Positions 24,001 to 25,940 of a stretch of 64,000 nucleotides of DNA are shown piece by piece. Both the position numbers and the translations under genes were made by a program. Under the pieces are notes generated by a model, which did not search any database, had not been told where the DNA came from, and saw nothing but the letters and a program-made list of their open reading frames with translations. Each line of letters starts with the position of its first letter. The first letter of the stretch is position 1. The stretch is from Candidatus Pacearchaeota archaeon (GTDB taxonomy: Archaea > Nanobdellota > Nanobdellia > UBA10117 > JAFCGA01), in NCBI GenBank assembly GCA_017608345.1, contig JAFCGA010000004.1, positions 57 to 64,056 of the forward strand. The letters run 5' to 3'.

Positions 24001-24839
24001 ATAAGGACAAAGTGGGTAGTCTAACTGCACCTTACTCTGTCGGCCGAATGTTCGACAAAGTCAAAGCCGGCGAAACAAATACATTTGATATTTTAGATGA
24101 TGATCTCGCGGTAACAAGTATAGACTTCGAGCTAAATCAGAATGTAGAAGAATTCAAGATGTTCGCTGCATCGCTAAATAACAGACCTGAAGAGCTAATA
24201 CCGCCGCCAGACCGGATAGTATATCAATACTTAGAAATCGGTGCACCGCAGATAACTGGAAGTGCGGTAAATATGGCCTCAATATCTTTCATAGTCGATA
24301 CTGGTTGGATACTAGACAATTATGTTATAGATAACAGCATTAGACTAGAACGATACGTAGCTGGTGCTTGGGTTCCGCTAACTACTGTAAGAATAAGTGA
24401 GACTAGCTATTTGTTAAGCTTCAGAGCTGCAACTGACGGCTTCAGCTACTTTGCAATTACTGGACTGCAGGGCGATGTTCCAGAAAAAGTAGCTGCTGCA
24501 ACTGAAGAAGAAAAGAGTCCTCTCGAAGAAGTATTCTATAGCGTCCCGGACTTAAAGAAAGTAGACTCAAGTTACTTAAGATTATTGCTCGTGCTAATTC
24601 CAATAATAATGCTATTAATTTATTCTGCAATACATCGAAGGCACAAGCATATCAAAAAAGATAAAGCACCTAAAGAAATAAATAAAGATAAATCACTAGC
24701 AGAAGAACTAAAAGAGAAGCCCGTGGAAGCAGAAGCGGTAAAAGAGAGTGAGCAAATAAAAAAGAAACCTACGCAAAAGAAAAGAAAGGAAAAGCTGGAT
24801 TCCCCTTACCAGGGAAAGGTTTTTAAATTCGGAAGATAG
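3..24839 (+). CDS. Giant LamG-repeat cell-surface protein (adhesin-like, probably N-glycosylated); the 5-prime end runs off the window, and the gene contains an in-frame intein
   Basis: The 8211-aa ORF starts at 204, but the same frame has no stop back to nt 3, and residues 1-67 already read as the tail of a LamG domain (W-H-x-V ... FNGTIDEF.MYDRNLSAAEI.QLY), so the true start is upstream. There are about 30 LamG_3-type domains, each ending in the motif FNGSIDEV.IYNR.LSA.EI..LY. Ig-like domains begin at the DNTQPS / DTTPPA / DNIGPS linkers between 22740 and 23900. The C-terminus has GFSYFAITG, an acidic linker, a TM helix (LLLVLIPIIMLLIY) and a Lys-rich tail. N-x-S/T sequons are extremely dense. 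Confidence 0.85.
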   Translation, partial: SLSVRGGEIRYGRDVAGGVTNRQCYSEVGANDSAWHFVSWSSDGTKNYFSFDGSIITDGDITCSSGTMDGLWFNDQATDTNSIGVLDRLADGGYFNGTIDEFTMYDRNLSAAEIHQLYLGGRDGGNIRNSSSTAVGENYTCEVRPLDYEDWGIAKNSTNLTVLNTPPITIDANVSPFSPNASVELLGYCNSSDEDNDTINFYYKWFRDGVFNLSGYNGGAFTQGIEVNVHNLSAGNTSKGQNWTFSCLANDGTVNASSWQNGSVVIQSTAPTHLNPILNATSVNNYTTDNLTCYNQSTADIDSDYVVNKYSWYKNGALNATTVFLNASTVLYMPFEPNFTASDNSTAGVLDYASTNNGRLGNSTAGTQPNWITSGKIGGAYEFDGVDDYIDTGFTLPSGSSLMKSYEFSVAAWVKVPSTSVAADNSIVIRADTAGGTCGDWNLRLGTTGDWEFWVLQTDNGWVDGTDVATANYAATANEWVHLVGVWNGTDNLYVNGVLRDSASATGNEANEETTNIEIGAFQLGAAAGFPFNGSIDEVQIYNRTLSAAEIHQLYLGGRDGGNIRDSSSTATGENYICEVQPLDYEDQGTAKNSTALTVLNTPPITIDANVSPLTVTTSIDLQGYCNGTDVDNATINYYYRWYKDGALDLSGYNGNGFAQASEVNIHNLSAGNTSRGQNWTFSCLAYDGLSNATSWKNGSVVISNAAPTHSMPWLGAHVPFGTSVALDDGIVGYWQFEYDNGTHTMDETGVNNGSLQGPTLNESGRVGKAYSFDGGDYINTTSGPSAISSDITLSAWIKTGSDATSRAIVASREGSAPNPGWEFFVRASGNGNVLLFQNDNGGYRVGSTNVRDNAWHHVVGVRDNGVFHVYVDGANDDGANTNEGTDMSSSENTLIGLSAANVGSYFNGSIDEVTIWNRSLSAAEISEIYNKSRGTFNTYSNEDISCAVNTSSDSDGDNLTYIYNWYKDDAPMMALYMPFDHDDSGGVNTTKDYSGSENHGQLGSGADGDGAEPVWNSTGFIGGAYDFDGEDDYITLQDSSDWVLNNKFTITAWVKLAGISELYPFSQRQNDDNRMYYLLRNSNNISRLFVKSGASVIVNVEHPVQYMPNIWYHVAIVANGTNYSTFKNGILINASAEADGVPDFNGQAYIGTDQFSGGPSYSNGSIDDVRIYNYALSTNQIKALYLNKTNTIVSAETNVGENYTCEVTPNDATVDGTLLNSSTLIIYNAPPITIDANVSPLTVTTSIDLQGYCNGTDVDNATINYYYRWYKDGALDLSGYNGNGFTQGVEVNVHNLSAGNTSKGQNWTFSCLAYDGLSNATSWQNGSVVISNAAPTHSIPWLGAHVPYGTSVALDDGIVGYWQFEYDNGTHTMDETGLNNGTLVGVNLTHEGKVGKAYEFGNGTWIDTNSNDLGISDPSAIAISTWIYPIGQSESSHIVNDYNRSSIRGWILTLETDNRLHAVNINGAGIRRDSYANPLSLNQWHHIVAVIYPNTTFPVIYLDGNISHNATVSAGAPAALYRGGGNVIIGRQSAYNLGNERYFNGSIDEVTIWNRSLSAAEISEIYNKSRGTFNTYSNEDISCAVNNTADADCYDEETEILTEKGWKYFKDLTNESVLTLNPETHEQEYQEPLAYQNYNVRGDMYRITTERGDLLVSPKHKVYAKIESPSVGAVVMLESQENDDFSSLIDFVLKDKTLANMDSSLSLERIPQGFVAERILNNLAHLPLESFFQDGISTTSLINLTLTLRMNNRSIAHFNDSKNSSTELNLMKGPLFLSSISLANSSRCGSSSTGCQSIFSQNFQALFDSSPVLINSSNIVFFNASSLLNLDQLTQESSLIQCLSSSDIDNTTFAIYSLPSRTNCSNFRNCATFFSKTPLRNTGQLTSGQLSILSFISSGKDNVSVVILPLDSLDTISQNPVDTQDYKASDYELVNIVDIYENPSEKIYFLDEAGNEIFVESITKEYYSGKIYDVDVENNIVLVRRGELVTWSGNSDNLTYIYNWYKDDEPLMALYMPFDHDDSGGVNTTKDYSGSENHGQLGGVADDDAGEPTWNATGGYYGGAYDFDGEDDIINRSSFPGATSTAITVSAWFYPKQHSASLNGYFQYGVDPPAGQNYFRIYSLSSFLALRTRTSAADYRYYNITNTAEIPTNNWYHIVTVWDGTTKNVYINGVNQTLQLLNQGGADTDYTNINNNQILRIGNSYSAPANYPFNGTIDEVRIYNYSLSANQIKALYLNKTNTIVSEETNVGENYTCEVTPNDATTDGPLLNSSTLIIYNAPPITIDANVSPLTVTTAIDLQGYCNGTDVDNATINYYYRWYKDGALDLSGYNGNGFTQGVEVNVHNLSAGNTSKGQNWTFSCLANDGLSNATSWQNGSVVISNAAPTHSRPWLGAHVPFGTSVALDDGIVGYWQFEYDNGTHTMDETGVNNGSLQGPTLNESGRIGKDYSFDGNDYINTGNDNSINLTGALTLSAWVKLNSNGTVQRFISKPSQGTWGGDFARYSLLLQTNNPRFWVESNFNTVQCVDYVFPLNEWVHLAGVFDGTTDAGSLKIYVNGIENCTGASATAAVTASSQDLIIGQRHAADGGEYVDGSIDEVTIWNRSLSATEISEIYNKSRGTFNTYSNEDISCAVNTSSDSDGDNLTYIYNWYKDDAPLMALYMPFDHDDSGGVNTTKDYSGSENHGQLGGVADGDGAEPTWNSTGYVGGAYEFDGVDDYINISTSTSLSPGTSNFSISVWFRTSHPDYSGQAGDIIRNYGSDTDNLYSLTVNTDNKMLASYRDGDADDLIISAQGSAVNDGKWHHSVSVRTSLTTSALYLDGVQIGTDADAAIGNIDTSNGRDLCIGTYSDAAGCTNLEFNGSIDDVRIYNYSLSANQIQALYLNKTNTIVSEETTVGENYTCEVTPNDATTDGTLLNSSTLIIYNAPPITIDANVSPLTVTTSIDLQGYCNGTDVDNATINYYYRWYKDGALDLSGYNGAGFTQGVEVNVHNLSAGNTSKGQNWTFSCLAYDGLSNATSWQNGSVVIANAAPTHSVPWLGAHVPYATSVALDDGIVGYWQFEYDNGTHTIDETGVNNGTLYGPTLNESGRVGKAYSFNGSGDYIEIQYNAALDVTNGDYSFALWMKCNRISINDMAIDFDDPGDDDEVWVDCSRARSYDGVYSDALDFAATKNWTHIVVTKTGTTARIYQDSVLADTVGNWKSFAGAELNLGYRERTADGFFNGSIDEVTIWNRSLSAAEISEIYNKSRGTFNTYSNEDISCAVNTSSDSDGDNLTYIYNWYKDDAPLMALYMPFDHDDSGGVNTTKDYSGSGNEGQLGAGADGDAGEPTWTSEGYYSGAYSFDGTDDYITAGNDAKLQLTGALTISFWINPDNNNAFCPTDPYCGLIDKGGYTSTQGGWGFYGDDSADGSLAFYVDSDLAGGGTSGVWANTTTWTAGQWYHIVATFDGTVGADSLKIYLNGTLDNSSASATATTLGGPNLDLEIGRTSELAGHNFDGTIDDVRIYNYSLSANQIKALYLNKTNTIVSEETTVGENYTCEVTPNDATTDGTLLNSSTLIIYNAPPITIDANVSPLTVTTSIDLQGYCNGTDVDNATINYYYRWYKDGALDLSGYNGNGFTQGSEVNVHNLSAGNTSKGQNWTFSCLAYDGLSNATSWKNGSVVIANAAPTHSVPWLGAHVPYATSVALDDGIVGYWQFEYDNGTHTMDETGLNNGSLNSGVTLSEEGRIGKDYNFDGVNDYISVGTPTSYTTFSVSAWVKPTLNGVAEQAIFGGDTANGKYQPIVLVNSTGYPRAAAHQANSYTLSNTSIDANSWGYIVYVVNDKNNKIYLDGILIAESTEANSPGAWDPVHYIGKRDNEWYFNGSLDEVTIWNRSLSATEISEIYNKSRGTFNTYSNEDISCAVNTSSDSDGDNVTYIYNWYKDDEPLMALYMPFDHDDSGGVNTTKDYSGSGNNGQLGSSAEGDGAEPTWNSSCVLGGCYNFDNSSTEYIDLADDTFKYQSFSVAAWVKVGKSTTYPSIFSVANTNMYCGYAVGFIGPENRIQFITVENNGGVRDKTNSSAVNLDQWYHVAAIRNGTTGMKLYINGTEVDEDTALGTILYAGCIGGDTFYPFIGRVGTAANQRYFNGSIDDLRVYEYALSAAQIEALYLNKTNTIVSQETNVGENYTCEVTPNDATTDGTLLNSSTLIIYNAPPVTIDANVSPLTVTTAIDLMGYCNGTDVDNATINYYYRWYKDGALDLSGYNGAGFTQGVEVNVHNLSAGNTSKGQNWTFSCLANDGLSNATSWQNGSVVIANAAPTHSVPWLGAHVPYATSVALDDGIVGYWQFEYDNGTHTMDETGNYNGTLYGPAFNESGRVGKAYTFLEPNYIDAGTSSKLRPNTITGMAWIKTSDATATIFSKFPTAAGTNGYMLTLGSQGNLTVRIGGLAELQVIGLTLVNDSKWHLVAFTRDSSNDISLYVDGALDKTGNIATAFNTDVSFKIGKYIWTGTDYWEFNGSIDEVTIWNRSLSAAEISEIYNKSRGTFNTYTNEDISCAVNTSSDSDGDNLTYIYNWYKDDEPLMALYMPFDHDNSGGVNTTKDYSGFGNNGQLGAAADGDGAEPVWNSTGFIGGAYEFDGDDDYIDIGNVYDADQSAITWALWFKADITINDNGILGRGGAVSYPSIKVQNNKIYSGIRIGGVNYNNWTSFTDTTNWHHVAMTYDDADDIVRHYLDGIETNITPTAGGVAEMNFDLYIGRYHSAPFVFNGSIDDVRLYNYSLSANQIKALYLNKTNTIVSEETSVGENYTCEVTPNDATVDGTLLNSSTLIIYNAPPITIDANVSPLTVTTAIDLQGYCNGTDVDNSTINYYYRWYKDGALDLSGYNGAGFTQGVEVNVHNLSAGNTSKGQNWTFSCLANDGLSNATSWKNGSVVISNAAPTHSVPWLGAHVPFGTSVALDDGLVGYWQFEYDNGTHTMDETGINNGSLNGPILNESGRVGKAYSFDGVNDYINAGANLNNILNKKEWSISLWLNTIDDNGFYLTNRESNNNDEVRFANAFASANITITYDDDTVGAVNVVSSVSGNDSIWHHAVATINSTTLSLYVDGTLSDTGDVSGSGNLNLDDITVIGARKDTGGWYAAGHSSYLNGSIDEVTIWNRSLSATEISEIYNKSRGTFNTYSNEDISCAVNTSSDSDGDNLTYIYNWYKDYEPLMVGYWSFDTQFDATDNSTAGVTDYSGNNNDGRLGNSTAGTQPTWNANGYISGAYEFDEIDDHIVTDNEANFDFERTDPFTVECWFKTDTSASNVILGKMDATSPFPGYQVIIRNADNWLMLYIISGAGGAGDRIVVEGNTVVTDNAWHHMVATYAGNEDASGALIYVDGALETMNTVTNGLTGSILNNIPFQISGKDGAVDLYKGAIDEVRVYKYTLSAAQVQALYLNKTNTIVSEETSKGENYTCEVTPNDATTDGTLLNSSTLIIYSAAPTHANPILNATSINNYTTDNLTCYNQSTADIDGDYPVNVFSWYKNDVLNATTVFLNASTVLYMPFDENITGNLQTVRDYASNNDGVLGNVTAGTDPTWNASGKVGGAYTFDGVDDYINVGDNTNFEFAANSAFALSTWIKANSAVVQESRIISKRYNVVGGNSQYMLNVNSTGAIRFWLYDGADNYAKYPNAITFGQWHHVLAQRKTDGTMEVYVDGVIGSVTDSTTATAGVNDGNLTVGTDERTANREFNGSIDEVQIYNRTLSADEISQLYLGGRDGGNIRDSSSTATGENYTCEVQPLDYEDWGIAKNSTNLTIQNTAPVTIDANVSPFSPNASVELLGYCNSSDEDNDTINFYYQWYRDGVFNLSGYNGGAFTQGVEVNVHNLSAGNTSKGQNWTFSCLANDGVLNATSWQNGSVVIQSTAPTHANPILNATSINNYTTDNLTCYNQSTADIDSDYVVNKYSWYKNDVLNATTVFLNASTVLYMPFEPNFTASDNSTAGVLDYAGSNNGRLGNSTAGTQPNWTSEGKVGGAYEFDGVDDYINLDTHVNSFEGWNIGAISVWFKVTSASACLYSISNKADTNDIMDFTVGVSTGSYGDESIRFSHVPNGAETLGMFVRNGHTAYTDGNWHHAVLTIGGAGNAIYIDGVSQAITYRAGNAGTNEFSDLFAADTVGIGRYAAGGVTNFEINGTIDEVQIYNRALSAAEVHQLYLGGRDGGNIRNSSSTAKDESYICEVQPLDYEDQGLAKNSTALTVLNTVPTQTQPILNATSVNNYTTDNLTCYNQSTADDDLDAVTNIYNWYKNDAPIMMLNMPFDHDDSGGVNTTKDYSGRNNHGQLGTSADSDSAEPTWDTSGKVGGTYNFDGSNDYIRISDSSSLDQTSAFSIETWVDINGTAKDNTIKSIASKGNLDKEAAGYNLYWNDVYSENFLNFSCNGWTAAQPPTTSYMKNCTNFWKGYAEDTYSAVDNCNTCTLNNNPEGATDGAYIATTNADLGPVWIYKSFPTTPGENFTVDIRYRITKKTTGGGPMNGGLYVWEGTVVPCSGNRQTGSCEDPNGNTTDAIASDHTTCDLAGWCAWQDYTTTNITNASTFTVGMYTWDSWNIWAVYLDVDYVNVSTLSKRVSFMLGDASNNMSTIFASNVSDGWRHIVGTYDGGTQSLYVDGVLNTSTSFTNLIGTNNLDLIIGSEPNNNIYHYEGKIDEVRIYNRSLSAAQVYQRYLEGNNSISTSTIVSDDTTAGEVWNCSVTPNDGEADGTTLTSLNLTIQNTAPVTIDANVSPFSPNASVELLGYCNSSDEDNDTINFYYKWFRDGVFNLSGYNGGAFTQRVEVNVHNLSAGNTSKGQNWTFSCLANDGILNASSWQNGSVVIQSTAPTHLNPILNSTSVNNYTTDNLTCYNQSTADIDFDHVVNKYAWYKNGVLNATTVFLNASTVLYMPFEPNFTASDNSTAGVLDYAGTNNGRLGNSTAGTQPNWTLDGKVGGAYVFDGINDRIQIADSASLDAIKDITVEAWINSNDITLQQTIVGFIDNVVSKGPQLMIRADGGIIWAVQNGVGAYRRCYTAIGLLEANKWYHIAGTFDDTSKARAIYINGESIAFEGDDLNLGVMAHGDIRAIGASSVPNPLYNFNGSIDEVQIYNRTLSATEIHQLYLGGRDGGNIRNSSSTAKDENYICEVQPMDYEDMGTAKNSTALTVLNTVPTQTAPILNATSIYNYTTDNLTCYNQSTSDVDGDSLTNIYNWYKNEQPLMRFNLPFDHDDSAGAGKTKDYSGSGNDGQLGAAADGDGAEPIFNSTGAIGGAYEFDGTNDYIELPATAKVTGEFTISVWFKLDQEITDEPSAPALFGGAAMRGPAEKGGASLAFLMTTGKLYFDTYNTTTRAASISTTAVWGTTDWYHVVATRNSTTQELWINGIREDSGDTVKGSLSWAAGWGAAKIGYASYIYFNGTIDEFKIYDHSLTAEQIKTLFSNKTDIIVSDETTAGENWTCEVTPNDATSDGTTLNSTTNITIIAAPITLYSNITPAAPNVSADLEGFCNGTTATNVNYYYSWYKDGVLNISDYDGGAYASNAEINIHNLTAGNTSYNENWTFSCLANDGVINATSWQNYSVIISDVTEPVVTFNAPIDGENVSGSIIINATITNGASGVNASRVYYWLENATGNQTKWTSMSNITVDLFNTSFNINSIADGYYNITINASDNAGNINASEKVQIQIDNTQPSIIVTAPINNSILTSAILNITGTASDANPDNVTANNAIFGQNLNTYTNWNFSNISMDDGIYTAIITANDTLGNSNSTSVTFTIDTTPPAVNITNPSDGDTVSEVITINSTITDATSGVNASRVYYWLSNETGNQTAWTSMTNTSSVFSASFDTTTLGIGAYNITINATDIANLENSTEYIQITITADNIGPSVTLESPTDRTITSTRTITFLYSVNDVGSDISNCSIWTNLNGTWLLNATNSTPIVESTSGQEFTIDSLPYTTFLWNIQCYDTAPTPNSRFATNNYTLTIALSSAGGEDGVNVGAGGSRTIDKDKVGSLTAPYSVGRMFDKVKAGETNTFDILDDDLAVTSIDFELNQNVEEFKMFAASLNNRPEELIPPPDRIVYQYLEIGAPQITGSAVNMASISFIVDTGWILDNYVIDNSIRLERYVAGAWVPLTTVRISETSYLLSFRAATDGFSYFAITGLQGDVPEKVAAATEEEKSPLEEVFYSVPDLKKVDSSYLRLLLVLIPIIMLLIYSAIHRRHKHIKKDKAPKEINKDKSLAEELKEKPVEAEAVKESEQIKKKPTQKKRKEKLDSPYQGKVFKFGR
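5007..5276 (-). CDS. RelE/ParE-family type II toxin, encoded antisense inside the intein
   Basis: The 89-aa protein has the C-terminal motif SFVLKYEVDEARKIVIFLAFEHHDSAY, which aligns with the RelE core YRIVYQVDDENRTVYVLRVGHRKEVY, and the N-terminal NPLRYKSL is typical of RelE. Its start overlaps the upstream ORF by 4 nt (ATGA). Confidence 0.6.
   Translation of the reverse strand: MSYTSVIHPKCKREIDKACSRNPVLEKALKRKMSEIIQNPLRYKSLRYSLKGERRVHIRKSFVLKYEVDEARKIVIFLAFEHHDSAYRR
5273..5569 (-). CDS. Putative antitoxin or partner protein of unknown family, middle gene of the cassette
   Basis: The 98-aa ORF is translationally coupled on both sides: its start directly abuts the stop of the upstream ORF, and it overlaps the RelE-like gene start by 4 nt. 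The protein is charged and helical. Confidence 0.4.
   Translation of the reverse strand: MANVVLSISEELKHWIRELSWVNWSRLSREEALKKTIFDEFIKTGELSNKAWKFCEKIDWHPVDELPQREEFAKEIEERKRGPFIKFNSVDEFFESLK
5570..5752 (-). CDS. Small RHH/CopG-like DNA-binding protein, putative antitoxin or autoregulator, probably starting at Met10 (nt 5725)
   Basis: MTTLTLSFPDEIKERMD is a predicted beta-strand followed by two helices (EVNWPVFLRGVLEKKVAQLRKFEQL), which is a ribbon-helix-helix-like pattern. It is the first gene of the three-gene minus-strand operon. Confidence 0.4.
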   Translation of the reverse strand: MVSKESKGKMTTLTLSFPDEIKERMDNCPEVNWPVFLRGVLEKKVAQLRKFEQLVREGKL

Positions 24840-24863
24840 AGAAATAACATGCAAAACGGTGAG

Positions 24864-24880
24864 TATCCCTGGCAGTAGAA
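24864..24880. repeat. 17-nt direct repeat TATCCCTGGCAGTAGAA, copy 1
   Basis: It is identical to 25924..25940. It lies 25 nt after the giant-gene stop, and a GTG sits in the racemase-like frame immediately upstream (GTG AGT ATC CCT GGC AGT AGA A). Confidence 0.8.
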
Positions 24881-24884
24881 GATC

Positions 24885-25125
24885 AGAGATAATCAGAGTT
24901 ATGCAATTTTTAGGTGGTTCTCCGTGGAGCGGGAGCTATCTACAAAACACGGGGTCATAGCATAAATTGTTCTGCTAGCAAAGCAGTACTTGTGCAACCC
25001 GGCAGTGCGGCGGGTTCCAGACCCGTCGATGGGGGTTCAAAGCGAGCCCTTTTCTTTCGCGAAAGAAAAGGTTTCGCCGCATCCCAAAAGAAAGGCATTT
25101 TACTACGCGACTTCGTCGCTTCGAA
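24885..25125. other. GC-rich, hairpin-rich non-coding region, a candidate structured RNA or leader
   Basis: GC is locally much higher than the flanks, and there are mutually overlapping stop-free ORFs on both strands (24955..25206 minus, 24990..25202 plus). There is a perfect palindrome CCTTTTCTTTCGCGAAAGAAAAGG (25048-25071) and a hairpin CAACCCGgcagtgcggCGGGTTc (24984-25006). I found no tRNA cloverleaf. Confidence 0.2.
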
Positions 25126-25126
25126 T

Positions 25127-25912
25127 ATGCCTTTGGCAACTTTTGAGATGTCGGCACTTGAAAATCCCTCTGACCCCATTTTTATTCCAATGGAAAGGGT
25201 GAACACTTTAATCGGGTACTACTTGCTCATAAAGAAGCTTACGATAGCGCATAAGCTCCATGCCGAAGAGATAGGCACGAGTGTAGAAAATAATCCGCTA
25301 ATCTTGCTCAGAAAAGGTCCAAAAAATAATAAAAGCATTTTTATTGAGTTCGGCTGTCATGGCAATGAAATATATCGAGTCAGGGAGCTTCTATCTTTTC
25401 CAGAAACGCTTAGTAAGATAAAGGATACTTATACTTACTATTTTATCTTGACTAATCCGGATGGACTAATATTAAATACTCGAGAAAATGCTCGCGGAAA
25501 GGATATAAACCGAGATTTCATTAAATTTACTACGCCAGAAGCGAGAGCGTTAAATAAATTCATTACTGCTAATAAAAAGAATATAAAAGCAACATTATCG
25601 ATTCATGGTGCTCGGCTCGGCTCAAAACTAATACATATGGGAAAAGGGCACAAGCTAGCAAAGAGCATTAAGCGAGCGCTGAGATCTGCTGAATTGGATT
25701 ATCCTCATCCATACATGAATGAAATTGAAGAAGAGCCAGGAATATTTGGAATGATAAATCCGAATAAAAAATTCGGAACATTTTCAGAATATGCTGAATC
25801 ACTAGGAATACCCTCTTGCGCAGTTGAAATGCATAAAGATGCAATAGATAAGCATCTTTTCTTAATGGAAATGCTAGTGGGGACTAAGAAGTATTTGGAG
25901 AATAAAAAATGA
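25127..25912 (+). CDS. Zinc hydrolase of the succinylglutamate desuccinylase/aspartoacylase (AstE/AspA, M14-like) family
   Basis: The GCHGNE motif (GxHGxE zinc site) and a downstream IHGAR motif support the family. The ORF track starts at 24914, but the first 71 codons lie in the GC-rich non-coding-like region, so the start is more plausibly the Met at 25127 (MPLATFEM). Confidence 0.55.
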   Translation: MPLATFEMSALENPSDPIFIPMERVNTLIGYYLLIKKLTIAHKLHAEEIGTSVENNPLILLRKGPKNNKSIFIEFGCHGNEIYRVRELLSFPETLSKIKDTYTYYFILTNPDGLILNTRENARGKDINRDFIKFTTPEARALNKFITANKKNIKATLSIHGARLGSKLIHMGKGHKLAKSIKRALRSAELDYPHPYMNEIEEEPGIFGMINPNKKFGTFSEYAESLGIPSCAVEMHKDAIDKHLFLMEMLVGTKKYLENKK

Positions 25913-25923
25913 CTTCGGGACAA

Positions 25924-25940
25924 TATCCCTGGCAGTAGAA
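25924..25940. repeat. 17-nt direct repeat TATCCCTGGCAGTAGAA, copy 2
   Basis: It lies 12 nt after the TGA stop of the hydrolase gene and overlaps the first codons (IPGSR) of the racemase reading frame. Confidence 0.8.

Noticed and set aside
24980-25075. A tRNA gene in the GC-rich island (GGGGGTTCAAAG resembles a T-loop)
   Set aside because: I could not assemble a cloverleaf. The flanks of the TTCAAAG loop are not complementary, and no acceptor stem or anticodon arm is evident.
24914-25126. The ORF-track start (24914) for the hydrolase gene, and ORFs 24955..25206, 24975..25157 and 24990..25202
   Set aside because: Overlapping stop-free frames on both strands in a GC-rich patch are typical of non-coding structured sequence. 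The internal Met at 25127 gives a normal-length AstE/AspA-family protein.
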